From positions 51,708,001 to 51,772,000 of the forward strand of contig OX597833.1 in the NCBI GenBank assembly GCA_951406725.2: 64,000 nt of DNA, in the 5' to 3' direction. Shown here one piece after another: positions 28,000 through 42,365 of this stretch (position 1 is its first letter; every line of letters begins with the position of its first letter). A model generated the notes under the pieces. The model was not told the DNA's origin, did no database searches, and saw only the letters and a program-made list of their open reading frames with translations. The position numbers and the translations under genes were made by a program. Origin of the DNA: Octopus vulgaris (taxonomy: Eukaryota).

Positions 28000-28560
28000 T
28001 TTGAGTTCAAATTCCATTTCGCGTATCATTCTTTCGGGGTCAATGAAATAAGTACCAATCAAGTACTGGGGTTGATATAATCGACTTCCCTTCCCCTCAA
28101 ATGCTGCTGGCTCTGTACCAAAATCCAAAGGGATTAGAATCGATATTAAGGCCGCGAGCAGACAGAGTCTTTCATCCGACTTTACGTTCTGAGTTCAAAT
28201 CCCACCGTGGTCGACGTTGCCTTTCATCCTTTAGGGGACGATAAAATAAGTACCAATTGAGCTCTAGGATCAATATAATCGAATAGCTCCCTCCCATAAA
28301 ATTTCAGGCCTTGTGCTTAACATAGAAAAGGGCGAGCTGGCAGAAACGTTAGCACGCCGGGCGAAATGCTTAGCGGTATTTCGTCTGCCGTTACGTTCTG
28401 AGTTCTAATTCCGCCAAGGTCGACTTTACCGTTCATTCTTTCGGGGTCGATAAATAAGTACCAGTTACGCACTGAAGTCGATGTAATCGACTTAATCCCT
28501 TTGTCTGTCCTTGTTTGTCCCCTCTATGTTTAGCGCTTTGTGGGCAATAAAGAAATAAGA
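28000..28560 (+). mobile_element. Three SINE family A copies with different 3' tails
   Basis: Same central domain followed by three alternative tails. Confidence 0.85.
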
Positions 28561-29148
28561 AATTTATCAATCAGCCTGCCTAAATGAAACTATGGCTGTA
28601 CATGGGGTAAGATCTTAAAATGTGAAAGAAGTTCGATGCATAAATTATGAGAAAGAGAACAAGGATGAATTATTCTGTATTTTTTATATCGTTTTTATCT
28701 TACTGTATTGTCATAGTATATGGAAGAAATAAACTCTCAAACCTCAGCAAGTGAAACGATTCATGTATGAAAATAGACACACAAACATGCATACATGCAT
28801 TCATATGTACCACATACGTGAGCACACTCACGCACACACAAGCACACAAACACACACACCTCTAACACAGGGATGTAGCTGAGATATTAAGCATTTATGT
28901 GTGTGTAAATATATACATTTGTGTGTGTATACGTGTATAATGTGTGCATGTGTATGTGAGTGTGCCTATATATGTGTGTAAACATTACAGATTTTTTTGA
29001 AGTTCAGATATATGCATGTAATTATAAATGTATGTATGTATATGTGTGTGTGTCTGTATATACTCACACACATACATACATACATACATATATATATGCG
29101 TGAGTGTGTTTGTCTATATGTATACATACACACATACAAACACACACA

Positions 29149-29192
<44 letters not shown>

Positions 29193-29843
29193 TACATATA
29201 TATATATATGTTTGTGTATCTTTGTTTATGTACATATGTGTGCATTACATACTATTTATAAATATATATCTGAACTTCAAGAAAAAAGCCAAACATATAT
29301 ATTTCCATATAAGCTTAATATAGCATTCTATATTTTTTCATCTATCTCAGTCTTTCGTTCATTCTTCATATTTCTTACTATATTTCTTCTCAAGACTCGC
29401 TAATTCTCTTTTTCCCTTTATTTTCTCATTTACATTCATGACACTCTTGTTCTTTCTTAACCAAATCCGCTCTTACTTAAACCTACCTCACTTATCCCGC
29501 TGCCTGTCTCATTTTAGAAGTTGACTTATTTATTTTTCTATATTCTGTGTTTGGTTGAAATTTCGGGCTCGGATTCCCGAATTCCCGCATCTTTACGTGG
29601 TGACCCATCTCCTATAACATCAAGTGTTTACGTCCTACAAAGTTGGCACTCTCTCAATAAAGGTTAAATGCCAAACACTGCGCGAGGCAATATGTAAATG
29701 CTGAGAGAAAGAAAGGACTGAGTGTATCTATTATCTCTCTTTCTCTCTACATATATATATGTATGTATGTATGTATATGATATATGTATATATCTATATC
29801 TCTCTATCTATCTATACATACATACATATACATACATACATAC

Positions 29844-29875
<32 letters not shown>

Positions 29876-29876
29876 G

Positions 29877-29933
<57 letters not shown>

Positions 29934-30133
29934 CGATAGATAGATAGATAGATCGATAGATAGATAGATAGATAGATACATACATACATACATACATACA
30001 TACATACATACATACATACATAGATATGCACGCACACATAGATCTTTCAGTATGTTTACCTATGTATTGTCTGTCTATCTACAAAATAGGAATGCTTATA
30101 GTATAACGTGCTTGAAAAAGAAAACAGTTCCTT

Positions 30134-30243
<110 letters not shown>

Positions 30244-30649
30244 TCTCACGCACACATATGTATGTGTGTGTATTCCTGTGTTTAATGTCTTCATTGAGTT
30301 TTTTTTTTTGAATATTTTCTTTTTGTTTCATTATGTATAATTAGGAATAATTCTCTCTATAATAAACCCCAGGAATGAAATTTAGAGCGAGGGGACAACT
30401 CGATTACCTGACCGCACTGCTCAACTGGTGCTTATTTTACCAACCCCGAAAGAATAAGACACAACGTTGACTTCGGTGGAATCTGAACTCAGAGCTCAGT
30501 CCGACGCGCTAACGATTGTATTAAATAGCCACCTGATGTATAATTTGGAATAATGGTCCTTAATCCATTCGTCAATCAACGTTTCGAGACACTAGGTTCA
30601 TCATCAATACAATATTACATGCACTCATACATGCATACATAGTAGTTTC

Positions 30650-31043
30650 TTTATTCTTTCAGTTGTTTCAGTCAATTGACGGCGGCCATGTTGAAGTGCT
30701 GCCTTGAAAGGTTTTAGTCGAACAAATTGACCCTTTATTTTTTAAAGCCTAGTACTTATTCTATCGAAATTGCTGGGGACAAAAACACACCAACGTCAGA
30801 GGTCGAACGGTGAATGGGGGGACAAAAACAGACGCAAGAACACACATAAACACACAGACACACGCACACACACACACTCACACACACATACACAAATGCA
30901 CATATATGTACACGACAGGCTTCTTTCAGTTTCCCTCTACCAAATCCACTCACAAGGCCTTGGTCGGTCCGAGGCTATAGCAGAAGACACTTGCGCAAGG
31001 TGTCACGCAGTGGAACTGAACCCGGAACCATGTGGTTGTGAAG
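30650..31043 (-). mobile_element. SINE family B, degenerate
   Basis: Reverse complement of head and tail. Confidence 0.8.
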
Positions 31044-31307
31044 CAATCATTATTTCATGTTATTAAACGTAACGATGAATTTTCGACCCTGAGTATTCGG
31101 TTATTTAACCATATGAATTCCGCATCGTTAAAAATGCGGTTGTGTATTCCGCAAATGTATATAACCTTAAGTTACTTCTCAAACAGAATTAGTGAAACAC
31201 ATGTAACACGGTTGGATCTTTGAATTACACCAGAGAGGGAGAGAGTGTGGGTAGGCGAATTGGTACTTTATTTATCGTCTCTGAATGGCTGAAAGGTAAT
31301 AAATTGA

Positions 31308-31905
31308 AGGCGGCGAGCTGGCAGAAACGTTAGCACACCGGGCGAAATGCTTAGCGGTATTTCGTCTGCCGCTCCGTTCTAAGTTCAAATTCCGCCGAGG
31401 TCGACTTTGCCTTTCATCCTTTCAGAGTCGATTAAATAAGTACCAATTACGCACTGGGGTCGATAAAATCGACTTAATCCGTTTGTCTGTCCTTTTCATC
31501 CCCTCTGTGTTTAGCCCGTGGGTAGTAAAGAAATAGGTATTTCGTCTGCCGCTACGTTCTGAGTTCAAATTCCGCCGAGGTCGACTTTGCCTTTCATCCT
31601 TTCGGGGTCGATTACATAAGTACCAGTTACGCACTGGGGATCGATAAAATCGACTTAATCCGTTTGTCTGTCCTTGTTTGTCCTCTCTGAGTTTAGCCCT
31701 CTGTGGGTAGGAAAGAAATAGGTATTTCGTCTGCCGCTACGTTCTGAGTTCAAATTCCGCTGAGGTCGACTTTGCCTTTCATCCTGTCGGGGTCGATTAA
31801 ATAAGTACCAGTTACGCACTGGGGGTCGATAAAATCGACTTAATCCGTTTTTCTGTCCTTGTTTGTCCTCTCTGTGTTTAGCACCTTGTGGGTAGTAAAG
31901 AAATA
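31308..31905 (+). mobile_element. SINE family A trimer, young
   Basis: Head plus two near-identical ~185-bp head-less units joined at GAAATA|GGTATTTC (31536, 31721). Confidence 0.9.
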
Positions 31906-32194
31906 GATAATAAATTGATCCCGACGCGATTTGAGCTCGGGAAGCAGAGAACTAGAACGGGACTACTATTTTATTTATCAGCTTCAAATAGCTTAAAGAT
32001 AAAATTGAATTCGATGGAGTTTGAACTCAGGGAACAGGAAGCTAGGCTGAGCAGCGTAAAGCATTCTTTGGCATCCTCTAAAAGTCTTGCCTGTTCAATA
32101 CATTTCTGAAATTGTGAAACGAATTTGAGTAATCGTCATACACCTCCCAGAAAAGACGAATCTACGTTTAGGATAATTATTTATTGCTATTATT

Positions 32195-32613
32195 CTCTCT
32201 TTAGTCTCTTTTACTTGCTTCAGTCATTTGACTGCGGCCATACTGGAACACCGCCTTTAGTCGAGGAAATCGACCCCAGGATTTAATCTTTGTAAGCCTA
32301 GTACTTATTCTATCGTTTCTTTTTCGCCGGACCGCTAAGTTACTGGGACGTAAACACACCAGCATCGGTTGTCAAGTGATATTTGAGGGTGGGGGGGCAA
32401 AGGCAGACACACAAACACACACACACACATATATATATATACATTTACATATATACGACGGGTTTCTTTCAGTTTCCGTCTACCAAATACACTCACAAGG
32501 CTTTGGTCAGCCTGAGGCTATAATAGAAGACACTTGCCCAAGGTACCACGCAGTGGGACTGAACCCAGAACCATTTGATTGGTAAGCAAGCTACTTACCA
32601 CACAACCACTCCT
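32195..32613 (-). mobile_element. SINE family B, full length
   Basis: Reverse complement of consensus. Confidence 0.9.
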
Positions 32614-32913
32614 TATTGTTTCCATATTTTTCATTCTTTTTATATAGTCATGGCTGAGAAACTCACTTTGCAACAACGTCGTTTCGGGTTGAGTCCCAAC
32701 GCGTGTCACATTGAGCTATAAACTTATACTTTAGCTCTTGGGGGACCAATGCCTTGTGAGAGAATTTGGTTGAAGAAAATTTTGAAGAAGCCACACAAAC
32801 CCTCTTCTGCTGAACTAAACTCATTTATAAACTTTATTTTATAGACTTACTGTATTTATAACATTTGTAATATTTTATATTTATATACGTTTTTGATCGC
32901 CTTGCAAAGGATC

Positions 32914-33414
<501 letters not shown>

Positions 33415-34748
33415 GTGATGCTTTAGTGGTAAACTTTTGAACTGGAATGCAGGAAGTTAGTTTTTGGGGAATATAACGTAAAACAGGCGTTTAAAAGTCA
33501 AGAACAAAAACAACTCCAAAAGTGAAAAACAGCTTTGAAAATATCAACAATAACAACAATAAATTAAAACTATAGATTGTATTGATGTCTCACAGGTGTT
33601 AATTTCTGGTCTTGAGAGAGAGTTTCTATCAGGTTCACAAGCATCTGTGGAAATGAATAAAATTCTAAGCAAAATCAGACAAGACCCTCAACTCTCATCC
33701 CATTCAGCATATCACGTGATGTGGAGGACGTTGTCTCCAGTTGAGAGTTCGTTGATGGAGAAAAGAGATAATGTGACGCAAATTGTGTTTCACATGTTGC
33801 AAGGTTTCGGCCGACCCGATGCTATAATAGAAGACACTTGTGCAAGTTGCCACGCAGAGGAATTGAACCCGGAACAGTGGGTTTAGGATTCAAACGAAAT
33901 GGAAAAACTATGTTGTTCATTATTAGTCCCATGACAAATTTCACGGAGCAAAGCTATCCCCCAAATGGTTCAGCGTTTGACCGTCTTCTTAGGCGCGTCT
34001 AAAAGTACATTATCAAATTTGTCTCTCCTTGTTTAATACTGTAAGATTCGATATGAGAAAGATTTAGCTACGATATCCAGCATATCAAACGACGACGCAG
34101 GAGCTCATTCCTTGATTCTAGAAGTAAGAAGATTTCGGATTTTATCGCAACATTCTGCCTCTACAGAAATATAATAGAAAACTCCGAGTAATGACAGGGT
34201 CTAAATTTACGCAACCATTCTACGAAATAAATTATGTATAGAATAGATTATATCATTAAATAATATAATAATGAAATATATAATATAATCTAATATATAT
34301 TATTTTGTAATAGATATGGTCTATAATGCAATTTCATACGACATAATATACCCACATACATACATATTACATTATAATATATTTCAGTTTATACATACAT
34401 ACATACATATAAATATATAGACAAATACATATATGTATATATGTATATAATGATTTAATTACTTCCATATAAACGTGTGTGGGTGTGGGGGAGTGTGCGC
34501 GTGTGTGTGTGTGTACGCGCGCGCGTAAGGAAGAATTTAAATGATTTCATATGTGCATACATACACGCAGAGATAAAATACACACGTGCTCTTACGTGAT
34601 GTATGTCTCGTTTTCGGGTAATGAAAGTATGTTTAAGTATGTAAAATTTTCATAATACCTCTTAAATATACACACGCACACACACACGTATATAATTACA
34701 TACATATATATATATATGTGTGTGTGTATATATAATTATATATATATG

Positions 34749-34843
<95 letters not shown>

Positions 34844-34983
34844 GAAAGATGTGGATGTGTATTTATATATGTATGTATAATTACAGAGGAGCTAATATAT
34901 ATGTTTATATACGTGTGTGTGTGTGTGTGTGTATGTAATCCAATATAAAAAATTTTGAATATATATACACCTCAGTATCTGTT

Positions 34984-35018
<35 letters not shown>

Positions 35019-35144
35019 ATGTATATATATACACGTATAGATAGATAGATAGATAGATAGATGGATGGATAAATAGATAGACAGATACATACATACATGC
35101 ATACATACATACATACATACATACATAGATTGATTGATTGATAA

Positions 35145-35194
<50 letters not shown>

Positions 35195-35199
35195 GGATG

Positions 35200-35245
<46 letters not shown>

Positions 35246-35644
35246 CAGATAGATAGATAGATAGATAGATAGACAGATAGACAGAGATATATATAAACCG
35301 ACATAAATGAATGTGTATGTGTATATGTATTTGTATATATATATGTATGTACGTTTGTTTCTCTATGTATGTGTATGTGTGTGTTTGGGATATTACCACC
35401 AGTAACCAACATTTGATGAAGAAAAAGCCACGCTAAACATAAAGTTCTTTGCATGTTTATATAAAGGTGCAACCCACGAAGCCTCACCAGATGAGACACT
35501 ACCCCATGTTGGTAATGTACCAAGTGTCATCAGCTATAATTGAGTAGACACTGAGCCTATTTGTCTGCAATTCCCATAACACCCGCTACATATCTGCTCT
35601 TGGGATGTAATTAGCTGGTTGAAACTTAACGTCATATGGCCAGT

Positions 35645-35745
<101 letters not shown>

Positions 35746-35794
35746 ATGTGAAAGTGGATACAGACAGGTGCATAGCGCTACATACATACATACG

Positions 35795-35837
<43 letters not shown>

Positions 35838-35998
35838 GTATATATATATACGTATATATATATATCCACACACACATATCTATAAGGATATATATACTTA
35901 TATGTGTGTGTGTGTGTGTGTAATTATATTTATTACATATATATCATCATTATACTTATACACACACACACACTCACACATACACACAAACACACACA

Positions 35999-36062
<64 letters not shown>

Positions 36063-36280
36063 TACACACATACGCACATTTAAATTCATACATATAATTC
36101 TATATATCAGCATATGTATATATATACATAAACATATATATATATATATATATATAGATATATATATATACAGACATACATACAAACATACATATGCATA
36201 CACACATTTAAATATATACATATAATTCTATATAAACGCATATATATATACGTATATTTTTATATATATATATTTGTGTG

Positions 36281-36311
<31 letters not shown>

Positions 36312-36816
36312 GCGTGATGTCTGTGTGCGAGCGTATTGATGTCCTTGTGTGTATGTGTACTTATGCATATGTACGCTTAGATTTATTCGTAAATCCTACT
36401 ATTTGAAGTAATATGGAATTATGATTAAATAAGTAGGAATATTAATAAAGCAAGAATGCCTTAGCGGTTATTGTGTGAGCGAAAGCTAAATAAATCATAT
36501 GATAAGAAGCACTGATAAGCAAACTTTCAAATGAGATATATTCAGCTGATGTGAAATCATTATATGCCCTGCATACCGATGTATTGTGTTTCGTTTTCAA
36601 AATTTGACATTTGCTTGCCTTCTGGTTAAGTAGTTCGCTTCGCAGCCACGTTACTTGCTGGTTCGATTCCATAACGGTGCCTTTGCTCTCAACAGTTGCA
36701 AGCTAGCATACGATAGCGGCTCTGGGTCTGAAGTGGGATGGTGTGGTTTTCTTTACAAAGAGTATAATCACAAGTATACGCTAGCAAAAGGGTCTATATA
36801 GGTCCATAAGTCAATA

Positions 36817-37047
36817 GGCGGCGAGCTGGCAGAATCGTTAGCACGCCGGGCGAAATGCGTAGCCGTATTTCGTCTGCCGTTACGTTCTGAGTTCAAATTC
36901 CGCCGAGATCGACTTTACCTTTCATCCTTTCAGGGTCGATAAATTAAGTACCAGTTACGCACTGGGGTCCATGTAATCGACTTAATCCGTTTGTCTGTCC
37001 TTGTTTGTCCTCTCTGTGTTTAGTCCCTTGTGGGTAGTAAAGAAATA
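36817..37047 (+). mobile_element. SINE family A, full length
   Basis: Consensus match. Confidence 0.9.
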
Positions 37048-37554
37048 AATATTATATTACACAGGTGTTGTAAGTGTTTTGTACCCCTGTCCGATAAAGC
37101 ATAGAGACAATTATGGGTTTGAGGAGGCTCTGAAAATTAGGACCACTTAAGAAGGTTCTTTAGGATCGAATATCGATATCTGACGGCTGTGCTCAATCTC
37201 CAAATTTCCGCCTGGAGATTAACGCTGGATTGCTACATTGTACAATGCCATCTGTCCTGTGCGTTAACCAGGAAGTCGGTTCCTAGACATGTGACAAGCA
37301 CGGACTTGTCAATCTTCTCCAAGTTAATGAGTACTCCTGTTAGCACCTCTATTGTAATGATCTGTGTATGCTGACACGACTCTCTCAGATGAAGTGCCCA
37401 TCCATCTAACACACAACGCCTGCATATTGTGCAACAGTGGAGTCAGTGGGAGAGAAACGTACAGAAGGGATGAGAGGGTGAAAAAAATCTCCAAATAGTG
37501 ATCACCCAAAGCTATTCTTTCTTTAAAGTCATCCTGGCCCATTACAAGTAAATT

Positions 37555-37890
37555 CCATGTTCTTGAAAGAGGCATGCCTTTATATTTAACTTTATCTGGA
37601 TTTAAGCTTCCTACAACTTCAACAATATACTTCTTCATAAACTCTGCATCGGTAAAAAGGATATACCTTTTTTTTCTTTCCAAGCAAGCATGCTACTTTA
37701 TGACTTGAATCAGTCTTAAAGTTAGTTTGATGTAACACTGAATGGAACAATTGCCTTTTAATTTCTTCAGCGCAATCTTTGGAGGCGCACCCTCTAATGT
37801 GGCATATTTTGTCTTCTTGAGTCGCATCGAGCTGATGCACTTTGTATTTCTTTTTTGTTCAAAGTTAAGTATCAGAGAGCAAGCCATTCA
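37555..37890 (-). mobile_element. hAT (Buster/SPIN/GTF2IRD2-like) transposase remnant
   Basis: Frameshifted peptides KYATLEG...LKKLK, SSHKVACLLGKK, FTDAEFMKKYIVEVVGSLNPDKVKYKGMPLSRT match S..VA..IAK..KPFTDGEFIK...CPDK....ISLSRRT. Confidence 0.75.
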
Positions 37891-38422
37891 TTCTTACCAC
37901 TATCAAACTCTACAAAATGGTGTAATTTTCTCATTTGTCATTAAAAAAAAACTAATCTATTCCAGCATCATTTTTGACATGATGGGTTGGGCCGTAAGTA
38001 AATTTCCTCTAAAGATACAATTAAAGGATTAAATAATGGTGATAACATGACCAGGAAATATTTAAAGCTATTGCAAATAGTAATTTAAAATCCATTCTTT
38101 TAGTGAAGATTCTGAGGCGCAGCCTCTTCATTTACATCACCTTGTAAATAAGCTTTGAGAAACGTATACACATGAAGGATTTTTTAAAAGCCTTTCAATA
38201 AAATGAAGATTTGAGGATTCTCTCTATCATGGACATTTCATTACATTGTTAGATATGAAGTATTGAGAACATTGTCTAACCATAGATTGTCACAGCTTAC
38301 TATGTTGTGCAACATCATATTGTTTTTACCGCTTATCTCCAGTCTAACTCAGTGGGAAAAAAAAAAAAATCATTCCAACCGCAACCGGCCTGTCCTTATT
38401 TGTAATGTACTACGTAATGTAA

Positions 38423-38640
38423 GGGCAAGGGCTTGCAGAATCGGTAGCACGCCGAGCAAAATACTTAGTGGCATTTCGTCCGTCTTTACTTTTTAAGTTT
38501 AAATTTCACTGGGGTTAACTTTGCCCGTCATTCTTTCCGGGTCGATGAAATAACGATCAGTTGAGCACTGGAGGTCGATGTAATCGACTTAGCGCTTGCC
38601 TCCGGAATTACTTACCTTATTCCGAAATTTGAAATCAATA
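38423..38640 (+). mobile_element. SINE family A, degenerate
   Basis: Head, central domain, ...AAATTTGAAATCAATA tail. Confidence 0.75.
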
Positions 38641-38674
38641 TACTGCGTGATGGGACAATGCTACCCAATGCATA

Positions 38675-38897
38675 TACTCTTACTCTTTTACTTGTTTCAG
38701 TCATTTCACTACGGCCATGCTTGAGCACTTCCATTAGTCGAGCAAATCGACCCCAGGACTGATTCTTTGTAAGCCTAGTACTTATTATATCGCTCTCTTT
38801 TGCCGAACCGCTAAGTTACGGGGACGTAAACACACCAGTATCTGTTGTCAAGCGATGTTGGGGGGACAAACATAGACACACAAAAATATACACACAC

Positions 38898-38964
<67 letters not shown>

Positions 38965-39128
38965 TACGACGGGCTTCTTTCAGTTTCCATCTACCAAATC
39001 CACTCACGAGGCTTTTGTCGGTCCGAGGCTACAGTAGAAGACACCTGCCCAAGGTTGTCATGCAGTGGGACTGAACCCGGAACCATGTCGTTGGTAAGCA
39101 AGCTATTTACCACACAGCCACTCCTACA
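38675..39128 (-). mobile_element. SINE family B, full length
   Basis: Reverse complement of consensus. Confidence 0.9.
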
Positions 39129-39427
39129 CCTATTTTTAAAATAGAATAAGGTACAATTTTTGGTGGTTTAGTTCGTTGGAAAATTTTTAAATTATGAGGG
39201 GAGGTTTTTAAAAATAATATATTAAAAAATATCTGATATTTTATATATATATAACTTTATCTACTTTGAGTTCTATCATTAAAATCGAATTGTTTCACAT
39301 CTCCCGAAGTTTCTAGGTGCTTATGAGATAAAGAGGTTATTTATGAGATGTGTCATATGTTTGTATAAAATATTTAAATTGAATTGAATCTATAATTGTT
39401 CAATTTATTGTTTTGTCTTCGATTTCT

Positions 39428-39484
<57 letters not shown>

Positions 39485-39519
39485 ATGTTCACGGATGTTC
39501 ACGTATATGTATATATATA

Positions 39520-39733
39520 ACATGTGATCTCTTGAGCACCACCAGCAAAAATATTTTTTTCCTCTGTCTTCCCTTCTCGGGATCTTTCCTTCTCCTTGTT
39601 TCCGACGAAGAGCTCTGCTCGAAACGTTAAACCCTCCTTCCCTTCTTTCCTGAGCGTCAAATAATACTTTAATTGTTCCACGTCCTCGCGTTGCTGTGTT
39701 TTTTTCTGTGTTTTCTTGTTTGGATTAACTTTA
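39520..39733 (+). mobile_element. PLE-like element family X with U4C hammerhead variant at 39598-39632
   Basis: GUUU-CCGACGA-A-GAGC(UCU)GCUC-GAAA-CG-UU-AAAC. Confidence 0.75.
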
Positions 39734-40249
39734 TATATATATATATATATATATATTAAACGACCAGCTTCGCATCTCATCTTCCCGAGGTCGATTAAAT
39801 AAGTACCAGTTAATTTAATCCGTTCACTTTAATTGGCTGCGTCTCTCTCAAAATTCTAAGACGAATGAAAAATTGAATTTGATGTTTTTCTATTCATGCT
39901 TTTGTTTATTTATTTATTCATCTATTTTTTTTTGCGGCCAGCGCAACATCCTCAAGCACTAATTAGTATACCTCGAAAATTAACGCGGTATGTAGATTGT
40001 ATTTGAGGGGAATTTGGCTGCTATTTTGGGGAAGGTAATGTGACACTGTAGGGTGGTATATTGGTGAAATGGTTAGGGCGATGAACAAAACGAAAGAATG
40101 GTAAATTCGACTCTAACAGGATTCAAATTCAAAACGTAAAAGAAAAAGTTAGCGCCGCCTGGAACTCGAACTCATAACGTAAATACTCGGAAGAAAACCC
40201 TCTGAACATTTTGTCTGACGAACCAACATTTTTTTAAAAATTAACTTTT

Positions 40250-40531
40250 TTTTATGTTATTTACATTTGACGGATATTTGTCTTCATCTTGTTTGTTGTT
40301 AACACAACGTTTCGGCTGACATGCCCTCTAAGCCTTGATCAGGTGTCTTGGGGGAAATTTGGAATGTAGATTCTCATTCTTAAGGTATTTTCTGATATTG
40401 CTATTGTTATTATTATTATTATTATTATTATATTCAAGTCACTGTCAGGAATCGAACTCGGAATCTTGGTGTTAGTTGCCCGCGCTCTTAACCACTACGC
40501 CATATGCCCGTGAGCATATGGCGTAGTGGTT
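40250..40531 (-). mobile_element. tRNA-headed retroelement carrying a hammerhead (40302-40346) with 5' terminal inversion
   Basis: Minus strand: GGGCATATGGCGTAGTGGTTAAGAGCGC...GAGTTCGATTCC (A and B boxes), (TAA)n, then ACAC-CUGAUCA-A-GGCU...AGCC-GAAA-CG-UU-GUGU; 18-bp hairpin 40490-40531. Confidence 0.75.
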
Positions 40532-40681
40532 TCTTTTTTAATTTCCAGTTTTCACTGTTATAATTTAAGACAGCACGGCCAAGGAACCGTGAAGTTTTGT
40601 ATAAAACAACTTGAGAACAGGACCTTTTATTCTGAAAAGAACGAGAAAGCAAAAGAAAATAATAATAATAATAACAACAAC

Positions 40682-40733
<52 letters not shown>

Positions 40734-41094
40734 TGAATAAATCAAAAACAAAGAAAGAGCAGAGAGAGAAAATAAGGAATAAATAAAAAATAAATAGAGT
40801 AAAATAAAATAGACTACACTCTACTACACATTCACTCATAAGATCTTAATGCAGTTCTACATGAAGTAACTCCAGAGGACCACCACGCGTTTACAGACTC
40901 ATGGTAGAGAACCTCCATTTTTTATAAAATTCCTCTTGCTAGCTCTCATTGTATGATCTGTTTCTGTTTCTTTTTATTTTTGTTTTTCAATTAGATATCT
41001 GTCGTGCACAAAATACCCAAAATGTTTGAAGCTGAGAGTGGTAACTAATAATTGTATCGGCTCTTTGACCTTAGTATTTATCGTAATAACAATT

Positions 41095-42365
41095 CTTTCT
41101 AATATAAGTACAGGGTCTGAACTTGGAATGAGGGCTCTAGTCGATTATAATAGCTCCCAATGCTTGACTGGTACATATTTCAACGACTCTGAAAGGATGA
41201 AAGACAAATTTGACCTCGGCAGAATTTGAACTCAGGACGTAGAATTTTGGAAAAAATACCGTTAACGACTGTACTAGCTCGCTACTTTTGTATCTCTCGT
41301 AATAATCCTTTGTCCAATAGGCACAAGGCCCGAAATTCCGGGGGTGGAGTCTAGGTTTTTTTTTTTTTTTTTTTTGCTTCAACCTCCTGTGGTCGACGAA
41401 TACCATTTTGCCGACCCTGTGGGGATGGAAGGCAAATTTAGCCTCGGCAGAATTTGAACTCAGGACGTAAAGTTTCAGAAGAAATGCTGCTAACGATTGT
41501 ACCAGCTCACCACTTTTGTATCTATTATAATAATCCTTTCTGTTATAGGCACAAGGCCCGAAATTTCGTGGGTGTGGGTCTAGTGGATTACTTCGACCTC
41601 CAGTGATCGACTGATACTTATTTTATTGACTCTGAGGGGATGGAAGGCCAATTTGGCCGTAGCAGAATTTGAACTCAGGATGTAAAGTTTCGGAAGAAAT
41701 CCTGCCAACGATTGTGCCAGCTCACCAATTTTGTATCTATCGTAATGATCCTTTGTTCTTTAGGCACAAGGCCGGAAGAAATTTGGGGAGAGGGGTCTAG
41801 TCGATTACACCAACCTCAGTGCTCGACCCTGAGGGGACTAAAGTCAAGGTTAGCTTTGCTGGAAGTTGAACTCTGAACGTAATGCCAGAATAATTACCCA
41901 TTTCTTTACTACCCACAAGGGGCTAAATACAGAGGGGACAAACAAAGACAGACAAACGGATTAAGTCAATTATATCGACCCCAGTGTGTAACTGGTACTT
42001 ATTTAATCGACCCCGAAAGGATGAAAGGCAAAGTCGACCTCGGCGAAATTTGAACTCAGAACGTAGTGGCAGACGGAAAACCGCAAAGCATTTGGCCCGG
42101 CGTGCTAACGATTGTGCCAGCTCGCCACTTCTGTATCTATCGTAATAATCTTTTACACTATAGGACACAAGGCCTGAAATCTGGCGGGAAGGGTCTAGTC
42201 GATTACATCGACCACACATTGCTCGATTGATACTTATTTCATCGAACCCGAAAGGATAAAAGGCAAATTCGACCTCGATAGTATTCGAAACCAGAACGTC
42301 AGACCGGAAGAAATAACACCAAGTAATTTGTCTGACACCCTTAACGATCGTGCCAGTTCGTCACC
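41095..42365 (-). mobile_element. Head-to-tail array of ~6 SINE family A copies of differing ages
   Basis: Recurring TAGGCACAAGGCC.GAAAT...GCAGAATTTGAACTCAGGACGTA at ~200-240 bp period; younger copy at 41900-42127. Confidence 0.85.

Noticed and set aside
30578-30608. Hammerhead-like UGAUGA...CGAAACGUU on minus strand (also 311-345 and 44007-44030)
   Set aside because: Core or stems too degenerate to count as ribozymes.
33596-33886. 96-aa ORF after a CAG acceptor-like site
   Set aside because: 3' third is a SINE B fragment; weak pyrimidine tract; no recognisable protein motif or partner exons.
41095-42365. Regularly spaced repeats suggesting a CRISPR-like array
   Set aside because: Whole units are homologous SINE A copies with no unique spacers; eukaryotic context and no cas genes.
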